Source: a virus (Duplodnaviria; Heunggongvirae; Uroviricota; Caudoviricetes). From it: a stretch of DNA of 64,000 bases. The notes under the pieces were generated by a model, which was not told the DNA's origin, made no database searches, and saw nothing but the letters and a program-made list of their open reading frames with translations. The position numbers and the translations under genes were made by a program. The first letter of the stretch is position 1, and each line of letters starts with the position of its first letter. The stretch lies in the IMG/VR virus record IMGVR_UViG_3300006143_000275. One strand, 5' to 3'. Positions 34,576-44,005 of this stretch are shown piece after piece.

Positions 34576-34950
34576 AGGCAGAACCACCAAACTGCTGATA
34601 GGCCGGCATTCAACGGGGAGCACATATGACTCCCCAGGTTGATGTCAAGGTTCGGCAAACCTCCTTTACTCATCGGTAAAGCATGGACTTCACGCCGTCT
34701 GGCAAATCTGCCGGCGGCGCCGTAAAATCTTTCAATTTAATCTTCGATAATCAATCTATTATGAAGATTTGGGCTGGTCGCGTGCTCGATGCAAAACCTT
34801 CCCTCCTTTTCGAGGTTCCGTCCCCGGCGCAATGGGCCCGGTCTACCGCCGGGCGCGGCGGGCATAAATTCTCGGATACCTCCATGAAGATAATATTCAA
34901 ACACTCCTAGGCGTCTTCAGAGTGCAGAATAACGAAATAAAACTACCGTT

Positions 34951-35496
34951 TTAGGTTTCCTGGTCGATGCTATCAGGATCAGGAATGTCTTCCGAACCCT
35001 CATCGGGATCTCCAAACGGGTACTGAACCATCACGCCGTCAACATTGGTTGGGTGTCGGATAGAGAACCCAAAGTTCTCGAACAGGTATTCCTCGACGAT
35101 TGAGGCGATTTCATCAATTTCCTGTGGAGAAATTCCCGCCTTTGCGGGGTCTTCGTCAAGCATGACGGTAAGCATGTCCTCGACGGAACCGATGATTTCA
35201 TTGACCCGTTCTTCATCGCCCGACACATAATCTTCCTCATCATCGTCGGGATAGATATATGTGGAAAGCAAGTTATCATAGGTCTTCTCTGCGTCGAGGT
35301 ACGAATAGGTCTTGACGTTGTGAACCTCCTCGCCGTCAACCTCAACAGAGAAACAGGGGAAACCTCCATCTTCGGCGACATAGATTTCAACGCCTTGATC
35401 TTCATCGCTGGCAATTACCTGATACTCATTTGCCAACGCTTTCCTGTGCTCTGAGAAATATTCCCAAAGCTCATCCACGGTGATGTTTTCTTTCAT
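34951..35496 (-). CDS. acidic hypothetical protein
   Basis: 181 aa, D/E-rich. Confidence 0.35.
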   Translation of the reverse strand: MKENITVDELWEYFSEHRKALANEYQVIASDEDQGVEIYVAEDGGFPCFSVEVDGEEVHNVKTYSYLDAEKTYDNLLSTYIYPDDDEEDYVSGDEERVNEIIGSVEDMLTVMLDEDPAKAGISPQEIDEIASIVEEYLFENFGFSIRHPTNVDGVMVQYPFGDPDEGSEDIPDPDSIDQET

Positions 35497-35508
35497 GACC
35501 TCACCTCT

Positions 35509-35715
35509 TTATACAATCACGATTTTGCGGCTGAACAGAAACCACAGACCGAGTGGGAGCGTGATGAAGATTGCGGTACAGTCCTGGTCTTCAGGTGTTA
35601 CGCCGGTTGAAGCGAGCCAGAAGATGAGACCTGTGATAAGGAGCATAATCAAACCCATGACCCTTTGCTGTGCCATTAGCTTCTGGCGGCGCTGATTTCT
35701 TGTATAAGCTGCCAT
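35509..35715 (-). CDS. small membrane protein
   Basis: 68 aa with TM helices; GGGAGG ribosome-binding site. Confidence 0.3.
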   Translation of the reverse strand: MAAYTRNQRRQKLMAQQRVMGLIMLLITGLIFWLASTGVTPEDQDCTAIFITLPLGLWFLFSRKIVIV

Positions 35716-35763
35716 CTAAAACCTCCCTCTCGTTGCGGGTTTCTCACTCTGCATTTCTCATGC

Positions 35764-35793
35764 GGGCTTGTGACCGCCAATGGCTGCATTAAG
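35764..35793. repeat. 30-bp repeat R2
   Basis: GGGCTTGTGACCGCCAATGGCTGCATTAAG followed by GCCGTCCGGAAATTCTGGACGGC. Confidence 0.4.
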
Positions 35794-36042
35794 AAGCCGT
35801 CCGGAAATTCTGGACGGCGACCCACGCTACTGAGGTTTCTTATTTCGTAAGTGTGCGTGTAGCTTAGTCCGTATCAATTCATAAACTAAACTATCGGATT
35901 TTCCCGACTTTCTACCCACTGCTGGGTCATCCCCTCAGACCAAGGAATGGGGACGCCTCCCAATCCCTTCCGTATCTCGGTACTCTTTTCACGATACGGT
36001 ATGCCGCGTAAAGCCCGTCGCGGTCAGCTTTGCCATGTGGTT

Positions 36043-36115
36043 TAGCGTGGACCGGGCTTGAACCGGCGACACACGGATTATCAATCCGCAGCTCTACCTA
36101 CTGAGCTACCACGCC
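36043..36115 (-). tRNA. tRNA-Ile (anticodon GAT)
   Basis: GGCGTGGTAGCTCAGTAGGTAGAGCTGCGGATTGATAATCCGTGTGTCGCCGGTTCAAGCCCGGTCCACGCT; no encoded CCA. Confidence 0.5.
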
Positions 36116-36170
36116 ATATGCAAACCGAACCTCAAAATCGGTATGAGGATCGGTTTACTAACTGAAATCA

Positions 36171-36326
36171 TGCCGGCTGTTCTTCCACCACATCAGAGAT
36201 GAAAACCCGTCCGCCGACAAGTTCTTTTGCCTGTTCCCATGCTTCTTCGATTTTCAGCGCGAAGACATAACAGACCGGAATATTGGGGTTATACCCATAA
36301 CCGAAAACTGCAAAGCGTTTCATATC
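36171..36326 (-). CDS. small hypothetical protein (51 aa, not in the ORF track)
   Basis: ATG after GGGGGA; MKRFAVFGYGYNPNIPVCYVFALKIEEAWEQAKELVGGRVFISDVVEEQPA. Confidence 0.2.
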
Positions 36327-37171
36327 TAATCCCCCTATGCAAATGAACCGCTATGATTTTTACCACGAGGCCAGCCTCCACCTCGTTCAACGCCGCCAAC
36401 CTCCGAACACGGCGCACTGGCCAGATGTTACCTTAAAACCCTTCTGGGCATGGATACAGAAGCACCCTCGAATGTGGCGACAACGAGAGAGTGAGTAGCT
36501 GCGATAGCACACCTATCGCAATCCAGATGCAAACCCCTATTGCAGCACACATCGCAGGAGTAAGAGAAATTCTTTCTTGCGTGGCCGATGGATACAGCTT
36601 CATGCTGGAGCTCAACGCCGCGCTGCTCAAACTTGGTCATCGTATCACCCTCTCATATTCGATTTTGGTTTGAAACCTGATGGCGGAACAGCATACAGTT
36701 CCATTACCCTCAGCTCAACAGTTCACTTGAAGCAAATCGAGGGAGTTTAGCCTGTGAACCCGGCAACATGGGTGACTCGAACGCGGCCCCTATATGCCTG
36801 TTCCGCCGACCGCCCTATTGGGCGGTTTCGTCGCAATTTTCAGCGACTCGTCAGGGCGGCTATATGCCGACTACTTACTGCCGGAAACCTTCTTGCCCTT
36901 CTTCTTGGGAGCGGGCGGGACATACTTCGGATTAGCGGAGCAATATCTGTTTCCGCAGGGCTTCTCCTGCCCGCATGTCTCCTTACAAGAATAATTCGCC
37001 ATAGATTTCCTCCGTTCATTTTTTGATTTGTGAACCTCAGCAGACAGTATTCCATCCGCGGACGGGCAAAAGCCCGTTTCGCCGTCATTACGGCTCATCA
37101 GCGCGGCTATCAAATGGGCATAAAAAAGACCCTCTGGGTCGAAACCTCAGAGAGTCCTTTTATACGCCTGT

Positions 37172-37510
37172 TCAGTTGTCGTCGAAAACGCCTTTCACCG
37201 TCATCGAAGCCCTTAGACCGCCATTGTTCAATGGAACCAGCTCGAAGGTATTGCACTTGCTCAAAGCGTCTCTCAGCATAGAAACCTTTTCTCCTTCCAA
37301 GTGGATGTCAGGAATCTCAATCGAAACGCTCCCAGAAGTGAACGTCGGGTATAGCTTCAAGGTCGCCGCCGCTCCAATGATGTCGGAAACCTCATTGTAA
37401 ACGGATTTCAAAACCTCATACTGACCATCGTTCACAGTGCATTTGTCCGAAGGGCCGTCCCTTACGGCAGCCACAAGCAGAGCCTCGAAGATGTGCTCAA
37501 ACTGGTACAA
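37172..37510 (-). CDS. hypothetical protein
   Basis: 112-aa ORF. Confidence 0.3.
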   Translation of the reverse strand: MYQFEHIFEALLVAAVRDGPSDKCTVNDGQYEVLKSVYNEVSDIIGAAATLKLYPTFTSGSVSIEIPDIHLEGEKVSMLRDALSKCNTFELVPLNNGGLRASMTVKGVFDDN

Positions 37511-37602
37511 TCCATCACGCTCCTTGCCTAAAGTTTAAGCCAATTATACCATCAGCAGAATTGATTTGCAATCAGAAACCTCACCAGAGCAGAGCCAAAA
37601 AC

Positions 37603-37989
37603 CTAACCCTGGCTTACAACATACGGCGGATGACTCAGCTCAAGGATCACATAGCCGGAGTATTCTGTTTTCAAAATCACATCATCCAGGATGGTGTCGG
37701 GCGTCCCGTTACAATCCCACAAGAGAATCTCGGCAATATCGCCGGTACACCAATCCTCACAGCCAGCGAATTGCCAACGAAAACCTACAGCGTCCACGAG
37801 ATAAACCGTATCCGCTTCATAATCCAAGGACACCACCTCAGCAGTCCTCAGATGGTAGGCCGAAACGTCAGGCGTTTCGATTGACAGACCTCCCAGAATG
37901 GGACCGATAGCAAACGCGGTGGAACCTATCGCCATCAGGGATACGGCCATCACGACCGCAGAGATGAGAACCGTCAAACGTTTTCTCAT
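37603..37989 (-). CDS. secreted / lipoprotein-like hypothetical protein
   Basis: Start at MRKRLTVLISAVVMAVSLMAIGSTAFA (signal peptide). Confidence 0.35.
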   Translation of the reverse strand: MRKRLTVLISAVVMAVSLMAIGSTAFAIGPILGGLSIETPDVSAYHLRTAEVVSLDYEADTVYLVDAVGFRWQFAGCEDWCTGDIAEILLWDCNGTPDTILDDVILKTEYSGYVILELSHPPYVVSQG

Positions 37990-38126
37990 ACAAAACCTCC
38001 TCCTGGCCTTCAGGCCGTAAGTCAAAACCTTTTGCCCTCTCTGCGTTTACACGGACTTGAGACCGTTAGCGGACAACGTCCGCCAGTCGCATTAGGCGCG
38101 GAGGTAAAACCTCCGCTGTGCCGCAA

Positions 38127-38990
38127 TCAGGCGGCGGCAGGAGCCTTCTCGGCGGTCATCGGCTCAGGAGTGGAAACCTCAGCCGCCTTGGACTTCTTGG
38201 CGCGGGTCTTGGAACCCGTTTTGGCCTTGGGCGCAGAACCCTTCTCATCCTTGGGCTCGGTGGCGGCGGCACCGTTGCGCTTGTAATCCACGCCGTAGAC
38301 ACCCTTGGTAACGATGCGGTAGAAAACGTCGCCCATCAAGGACATCAGGATGGTGTGCTTGGAACACTGAACCCGCAGGGCGGCGCGGTTGTTGCGCTTG
38401 GTGTAACAGGACATCACATAGCCCAGGTCGTGGCCGTTGACCTTGCCCTCACCGGGGGAAAGCATGTCCAAAACCCGTTGCATATGCTTGACGACCTGGG
38501 TGTCGCTGGTGGGTGTCTTGCCCAACTGGATTTCAGACGCCAACTTGTCCATGTTGTAGGAGTCATCAATCCGCTTCATCTCAGCGGCGGTAACTCCGAT
38601 GGTCTCGGCGACGCGGAGCGTCAGCCGCTTGTTGAGAGCCTGAAGCTCATAGAACCAGCCCAGGTCGAACCCCTTGACCTCGCAGAACTTCTTAAGGTCG
38701 ATTTGAACGGTGCGCTCGGCCTTCTCAACGCCGGTCATGCGGCCCTCGTCGGTGGTCTTCTTGTGGCCGATGGTGGTGAAGTGGTGAAGCTCGATGGCCT
38801 GGTGGGTGTCCAGAAGCCCGGCGAACACCTCGGACTCGCGCAAGGAGCGATACTCCTTCTCGATGTTGACGAGCTCAGCCAGCTTGCCCTCAACGTCGGC
38901 GTTCGTTCCCTTGGCGCAAGCCTGGTTGACCTCGGCGATCTTCGCCTCGTAATCCTTCAGCAGCTCTGCCTTACGATTTTTCGTTGCCAT
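38127..38990 (-). CDS. hypothetical protein with Lys/Ala-rich basic C-terminal tail (possible DNA-binding)
   Basis: 287 aa; tail KDEKGSAPKAKTGSKTRAKKSKAAE. Confidence 0.35.
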   Translation of the reverse strand: MATKNRKAELLKDYEAKIAEVNQACAKGTNADVEGKLAELVNIEKEYRSLRESEVFAGLLDTHQAIELHHFTTIGHKKTTDEGRMTGVEKAERTVQIDLKKFCEVKGFDLGWFYELQALNKRLTLRVAETIGVTAAEMKRIDDSYNMDKLASEIQLGKTPTSDTQVVKHMQRVLDMLSPGEGKVNGHDLGYVMSCYTKRNNRAALRVQCSKHTILMSLMGDVFYRIVTKGVYGVDYKRNGAAATEPKDEKGSAPKAKTGSKTRAKKSKAAEVSTPEPMTAEKAPAAA

Positions 38991-39731
38991 AACGTAACCT
39001 CCTAATAAGATTTTCTATGGGCAAGCCCATAATGAAGCCCTGGAACGAAGCCGCTCCAGGGCTCGATATAGGTTTGCACTCCCTCTGGTGACTTCTGCTC
39101 TGCGCTCAAGTCCACGGGACGTAAAGACGCCCGCACCACTTGTCGCAGTATTCACCGAAGTGCGCGGCATTTCAACCGCTCACCATTGGGAGAGAAAAAT
39201 TCACGTTATCATGCTATCAAATCCACTCCGGCCAACTATTCCGCTCGCTGTACTAACTCCCTTAGAGCCTTCCGGCGGCGATGTGCCACGCAACGCGCAA
39301 CCCTCCTTGAGAACTGCGACGCCTTTTAAGCATAGTCACAAAGCTGCTTTATAGCTGAGCCATCCTGAACCGTCAAGCACTTATCCACCCACACGTTTCC
39401 ATCACGTTTGCAGTTGGAGCGGAACCAACTGATTGCCGAGAACTCAATACTGCCCGCGTTCAGTACCCGCGCACTGGGAGCCTAACTCTCCCAATTTTTG
39501 GCTGGCCTTCTCTTGGGACGGTTGGAGCCGTCACATGTTGCAAGAGTACACTTCTTCTGATGGCAGAAGTACCCCTTGAGCAAGCGTGGGATGCCCTCAA
39601 GGTGGCGCTGAGATACCCCTCTGCATTACAGGCTTGGGACTGACCGGCCAATACCCATAAGGGATTGACTGGGCTGCATTGGTATCTTGTTTTTTTTGGT
39701 GGGGCGGTGCTGTGCCGTTCGCCCTACATAT

Positions 39732-39752
39732 ACGCATGGGCTTGTATGTCAC
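39732..39752. repeat. 21-bp repeat ACGCATGGGCTTGTATGTCAC, copy 1, in the terminator loop downstream of the regulator gene
   Basis: Identical 21-mer at 40731-40751. Confidence 0.45.
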
Positions 39753-39764
39753 CAGAGGGCGAAC

Positions 39765-39806
39765 GAAAAAAAAAAAGAGGGGCGCGGCGTGTGCCGCTCC
39801 CCTCTT
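39765..39806 (-). terminator. rho-independent terminator downstream of the sigma-like regulator gene (minus strand)
   Basis: AAGAGGGGAGCGGCACACGCCGCGCCCCTCTT followed by T11 on the minus strand. Confidence 0.55.
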
Positions 39807-39822
39807 GCGTGGTGGCCTGGTA

Positions 39823-40605
39823 TCACTTTTTCTTGTCCCAACGTGCGCGGTGGCGTAAAATGTTCAACGTTTCGTCAATGTCGCTTGCCGTGTATCCAGC
39901 GGCGGTGAACGCTTGTAAATTGACGTCAATTTCAACGGCGCGGGAAAGTACCTTGTAATAAGCCCTGTAAAGCGTCTGGTAGACGGTGGCGCGTTTCGTG
40001 CCTGTTTCGTCTGCTATGTCTTGCACGCTTTTGCCCTGTTCATAGGACATCAAAAGCGCGTTCATTTGCCCATCTGTCATATCCGCGCTTTTGACGGCTT
40101 TTCTAATCAGTCTGTCAAGGGCCGGGCAAGTGGCGCGGGCCTCTCGCGGCGTAACGTTGCAAGCAATCCAGCCGGGCATATATTCCCGCTCACTATTCCT
40201 GTCCTTTTTGCCCTGTTCTGTGCGGATAGCAGAAAAGGCGGCGGTTTTCAGCGTGTGCATATCGGCGGCGGCGTTCTCCGCAAATATGGCGTTGATTGCT
40301 ACACATGCAATCATTACCATGTCTTCACGCTCCCATATGTTACGGCGTTGGGGGTTCAATACGGCGTTATTGTTGCGTCGCTCCCAATTTTCCACGCTTG
40401 CCAATGTGTGACGCGCAAGCTCCATTTGCGCCGCTCCATCGGTGGGAGTACAGAAGGGATAAACGCGAATATCCGCCAATTTATACCCTTGTGCCGTGGC
40501 CTGTTCGGTGGCCTGTGCGATTGTGTCCGCTTCCACTTGTGCGGTGGCTGTGACTGTGCGCCCCTGTTCGGTGGCTGCTCCCAATGTGCAAATTTGGTAT
40601 TTCAT
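39823..40605 (-). CDS. transcription regulator with C-terminal sigma-70 region-4-like HTH
   Basis: MNALLMSYEQGKSVQDIADETGTKRATVYQTLYRAYYKV resembles sigma/ECF region 4; start at MKYQICTLG. Confidence 0.5.
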   Translation of the reverse strand: MKYQICTLGAATEQGRTVTATAQVEADTIAQATEQATAQGYKLADIRVYPFCTPTDGAAQMELARHTLASVENWERRNNNAVLNPQRRNIWEREDMVMIACVAINAIFAENAAADMHTLKTAAFSAIRTEQGKKDRNSEREYMPGWIACNVTPREARATCPALDRLIRKAVKSADMTDGQMNALLMSYEQGKSVQDIADETGTKRATVYQTLYRAYYKVLSRAVEIDVNLQAFTAAGYTASDIDETLNILRHRARWDKKK

Positions 40606-40730
40606 GGTGTATTCCTTTCTATTCACCAATGGTATCGGGTGGCACGTTTGCGGCGTGTCTGCCCTGGTGATATAGCTACTATACACCACCGAACGCCACT
40701 TGTCAACACTTTTCTTTATGGCGCATAGTA

Positions 40731-40751
40731 ACGCATGGGCTTGTATGTCAC
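40731..40751. repeat. 21-bp repeat copy 2, in the divergent control region; carries a TATGTCAC half-site
   Basis: Identical to 39732-39752. Confidence 0.45.
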
Positions 40752-41088
40752 TATGTGGAGTGTGGGCCGCTTTTCTCCCTGTTCCCTATGTCACAAAATG
40801 ACACTATGTCCCATAGGGGCGTAATTTCCATATTTTGAGACGGCAACGCCGCGCCCCAGCCCATTAGTTGCCCCATCTCCCACACCCAATTTTTCCTCAC
40901 TTCGGCACCGATTTCTCGCCCATCAATCCGTTGTGTTTCAAGCCCTTTTATTATCGGGGATGGTGCCTTGAACAAGCCAATTTCTATATAGGATCATCAC
41001 AGATAATAAAAGGGTGCCTTCCAAAGTGCCTTGATTTGTGACTTTGATCCACGGCTCCAAAATCAACAATTTTTTATGAAGAAAACGC

Positions 41089-41124
41089 TTGACATCTTGG
41101 CCAGATGTGGTATAATGGTATCGT
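41089..41124 (+). promoter_or_regulatory. sigma70-type promoter for the integrase gene
   Basis: TTGACA, 17-bp spacer, TATAAT (cTTGACAtcttggccagatgtggTATAATgg). Confidence 0.6.
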
Positions 41125-41181
41125 AGTCAACAGGCATTTATGAGGCGGTTTCGCCAGATACATAGGAGGTCACCAAATACG

Positions 41182-42003
41182 ATGAACAAGGTAATTACCG
41201 TAGATTTCAGAGCGAGGAGTGAGGACTCCATCATTGATGTTAAGGCGGTTGCCCGGTCTGCCAGGGCTCTCCGAGATGGCCTGATCGCACCGGCCACAGA
41301 GGATACGAGCTACGAGATCGCCAACGAACACACCAGCGAGCCAATCAAGAGTGTGGACGACATATACGCCGTCTCTGAGTGGTTTATCTCCAATGGCCGG
41401 TACAGAGACAACATGCTCTTCATTGTTGGCATCAACTTTGGCCTGCGAGTGAGCGATCTGCTGACGCTGCGGTTCTCCCACATCATCGACGAGCAGTTCA
41501 GGTTCAAGACTACATTTCCCATTCTGGAGAAGAAGACGAAGAACACCAGAAATGTAAAGAAGAACAGATACATCACCATCAACGATGCCGTTGTGGATGC
41601 TGTCACCCTCTATCTGGAGAACACGCCCAACGTCAGGCTTAGCGACTTCATGTTCAAGGGCGTGAGCAACAGGTGCGGTAAAGACAACAACAAGTCTCTC
41701 TCCAGGAAGTCAGCAGATCGTGTGCTGAAGGAGGTCGGAGAGGCATTAGGTCTCGACATCCACATTGCAACACATACACTCCGCAAGACATTCGCCTATC
41801 ATCAGATGGTCATGAGCAACAACGATCCGCGCAAGCTCCTGCTCCTGCAGAAGATGTTCGGACATAGCACCTCCGCCCAGACACTGGACTATATCGGCAT
41901 TACTGGTGAGGAGATCGAGGATGCGTACCTGAAACTCAATCTGGGTGGACGTCGCGAGCTGCATCTGGTGGACAGCACCATCATCGAACAGACTGCCGGC
42001 TGA
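41182..42003 (+). CDS. int: tyrosine recombinase / phage integrase
   Basis: C-terminal HTLRKTFAYHQM...LLQKMFGHSTSAQTLDYIGI (R, HxxR and catalytic Y boxes); ATG after AGGAGG. Confidence 0.8.
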   Translation: MNKVITVDFRARSEDSIIDVKAVARSARALRDGLIAPATEDTSYEIANEHTSEPIKSVDDIYAVSEWFISNGRYRDNMLFIVGINFGLRVSDLLTLRFSHIIDEQFRFKTTFPILEKKTKNTRNVKKNRYITINDAVVDAVTLYLENTPNVRLSDFMFKGVSNRCGKDNNKSLSRKSADRVLKEVGEALGLDIHIATHTLRKTFAYHQMVMSNNDPRKLLLLQKMFGHSTSAQTLDYIGITGEEIEDAYLKLNLGGRRELHLVDSTIIEQTAG

Positions 42004-42080
42004 CCCGACGTCTCTGGCACCATTGCACCTTGACAATTTCATAGAGTACCATAGCCCTCTGCTACGTTGTTTTAAGGCTC

Positions 42081-42196
42081 TATAGCTACAAGTGTTCCTA
42101 CAGAGATTCTCTTTAAGGGTCACCCCCTGAAAAGCCCCATTTCAAGGGACCAAATTTTCGTTTTGCCACCTTGGTGGTGGCAAACGGTGGCAAGGA
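42081..42196. repeat. 100-bp direct repeat copy 2, immediately upstream of the ORF at 42200
   Basis: TACAGAGATTCTCTTTAAGGGTCACCCCCT...TTTTGCCACCTTGGTGGTGGCAAACGGTGGCAAGGAGG. Confidence 0.5.
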
Positions 42197-42199
42197 GGT

Positions 42200-42583
42200 T
42201 TGCTTATGAAAAATAATTGGTTACAGTTCTATAGGATTTGCAGCGCCGTACCGGTGGAGGAGGACTTCGACGACTACGGCTCTGGCGAGGATCACCGCAT
42301 ATCTATCGGTGATGAGCTGGAGGCATCAGATAAGAGCGGTGTTGTCCACGCCGGGGTGGTAGTCGGAATCATCCGCGACATCAATGGGTGTCCAGTATGT
42401 TATAAGGTGTGGGATGAGGAGCACGATGACTTTGATTACATCCAAGCATCAGACAGTATCGTGTGCGAACCGTGCGGATCGTCGCAGTGGGCGTTAGAGC
42501 GTATTGGATACAAGAAGAAGTACGAGGCCGGCGAGCATGGCTTTTACTTTAATGACCGGATAAAGGACGTGATCTTTTGGTAA
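42200..42583 (+). CDS. hypothetical protein with Cys cluster
   Basis: 127 aa; preceded by a GGAGG ribosome-binding site and the 100-bp repeat copy 2. Confidence 0.35.
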   Translation: MLMKNNWLQFYRICSAVPVEEDFDDYGSGEDHRISIGDELEASDKSGVVHAGVVVGIIRDINGCPVCYKVWDEEHDDFDYIQASDSIVCEPCGSSQWALERIGYKKKYEAGEHGFYFNDRIKDVIFW

Positions 42584-43803
42584 AAGTATGCGACGCCATT
42601 ATGGGCACGGGGAAAAGTTCCGCTGCTATTACATACATGAACGAGCACCCTGAAAAAAGATTCGTCTATATCACACCGTATCTGGAGGAGGCGACGCGGA
42701 TCGTAACGTCATGCCCACGTCTCCAATTCTTCGAGCCCAAAAAGAAAACAGAGTTTAACGGTTCCAAAACGCTCCATACACTTGATCTGGTGAAACGCGG
42801 GGAAAACATCGCCACCACACACCAGGCGTTCAGATTCTATCCACAGGAGCTGCTGGACATGGTTAGGGATCGTGGATACACGCTTATCATCGACGAGAAC
42901 GTTGACGTGTTGGAGACGCTGGAGGAAGACCCGGCGGACATTCAAATGGCGATAGATGCCGGGTATATCGAAGAAGTCCGGCAGGACGTATATCATCTCG
43001 CCAGAGACGTATACAACGGGAAGACTCACCGCGAGTTGTTCCGCATCCTGCGGACGCGAGATCTGATCCGTATGACTGGTGAGAAAAAGGAATCTTTCTT
43101 CTATTGGCAGTTGCCGCCAGAACTTATCACTTCATTCGACGAGGTGTTTATCCTGACATACCTGTTCGAGGGGCAGAGCCTTCACCACTTTCTGGAGATG
43201 TACGATATCCCGTATGAGTTCATCGGAGTGCAGCGAGACGAAAGTGTCGGGTTCAGATTCAGTGATTCATCGGGTTATGTCCCTGAGTACGTTGCAACGT
43301 TGAAGGATATGATTCATGTGGTGGATGATCCAAAGCTGAACAAGATTGGAGAGTCAGAGTTCTCTCTGTCCTTGAACTGGTTCAACAAAGAGGGGTCGGA
43401 CATCAATCAGTTGAAGAACAACCTATACAACTTTTTCCGTCATATCTGCGGTACAGATACTGCCGAGAAGATGTGGAGTACATATAAAGACGCTAAACAC
43501 AAGATACAGGGTAAAGGGTACACCAGAGGATTTATCCCATTCAATAAGAAAGCAACCAATGAGTATAGAGATCGCACTGCCGTGGCGTATTGCGTCAATC
43601 TTTACATGAACGTTGGACAAAAGATTTTCTATGAAAATAACGGTGTTGATGTAAACGAAGACGCTTATGCGCTGTCCATCATGGTACAGTGGATTTGGAG
43701 AAGTGCAATCAGGGATGGGAACGAGATTTGGCTGTATGTCCCAAGCAAGCGTATGCGCGATCTGCTCACCAACTGGATGGAGGAGGTGAGTGTACGTGGC
43801 TAA
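42577..43803 (+). CDS. P-loop NTPase, putative replication initiation/loader-type protein
   Basis: N-terminal Walker A IMGTGKSSAA; 408 aa. Confidence 0.45.
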   Translation: MVKVCDAIMGTGKSSAAITYMNEHPEKRFVYITPYLEEATRIVTSCPRLQFFEPKKKTEFNGSKTLHTLDLVKRGENIATTHQAFRFYPQELLDMVRDRGYTLIIDENVDVLETLEEDPADIQMAIDAGYIEEVRQDVYHLARDVYNGKTHRELFRILRTRDLIRMTGEKKESFFYWQLPPELITSFDEVFILTYLFEGQSLHHFLEMYDIPYEFIGVQRDESVGFRFSDSSGYVPEYVATLKDMIHVVDDPKLNKIGESEFSLSLNWFNKEGSDINQLKNNLYNFFRHICGTDTAEKMWSTYKDAKHKIQGKGYTRGFIPFNKKATNEYRDRTAVAYCVNLYMNVGQKIFYENNGVDVNEDAYALSIMVQWIWRSAIRDGNEIWLYVPSKRMRDLLTNWMEEVSVRG

Positions 43804-43972
43804 ATGCGATAAATGCTTGTGGGCAGACCAGTGCTATACAGCCAAGAATGAGTGCAGCGATTATACCCCCATGGACGAATACGATAACAAGGAAGATGTA
43901 ATTGAGGGCGGATTGTACGAATTTCGGAGACTTTGGACGGTTTATACCCGCAATAACGGAGACGAAGTTTAA
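43790..43972 (+). CDS. small CxxC protein
   Basis: 60 aa. Confidence 0.25.
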   Translation: MYVAKCDKCLWADQCYTAKNECSDYTPMDEYDNKEDVIEGGLYEFRRLWTVYTRNNGDEV

Positions 43973-44005
43973 TTTTTTAGCCATTCAACACTAAATTATG
44001 AGGCG

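Noticed and set aside
38118-39005. 295-aa plus-strand ORF
   Set aside because: Antisense to 38127-38990. Gly/Leu-rich.
39660-39780. T8 / A11 homopolymers as phase-variation sites
   Set aside because: They flank a strong hairpin in an intergenic region and are better explained as the U-tracts of a bidirectional intrinsic terminator.
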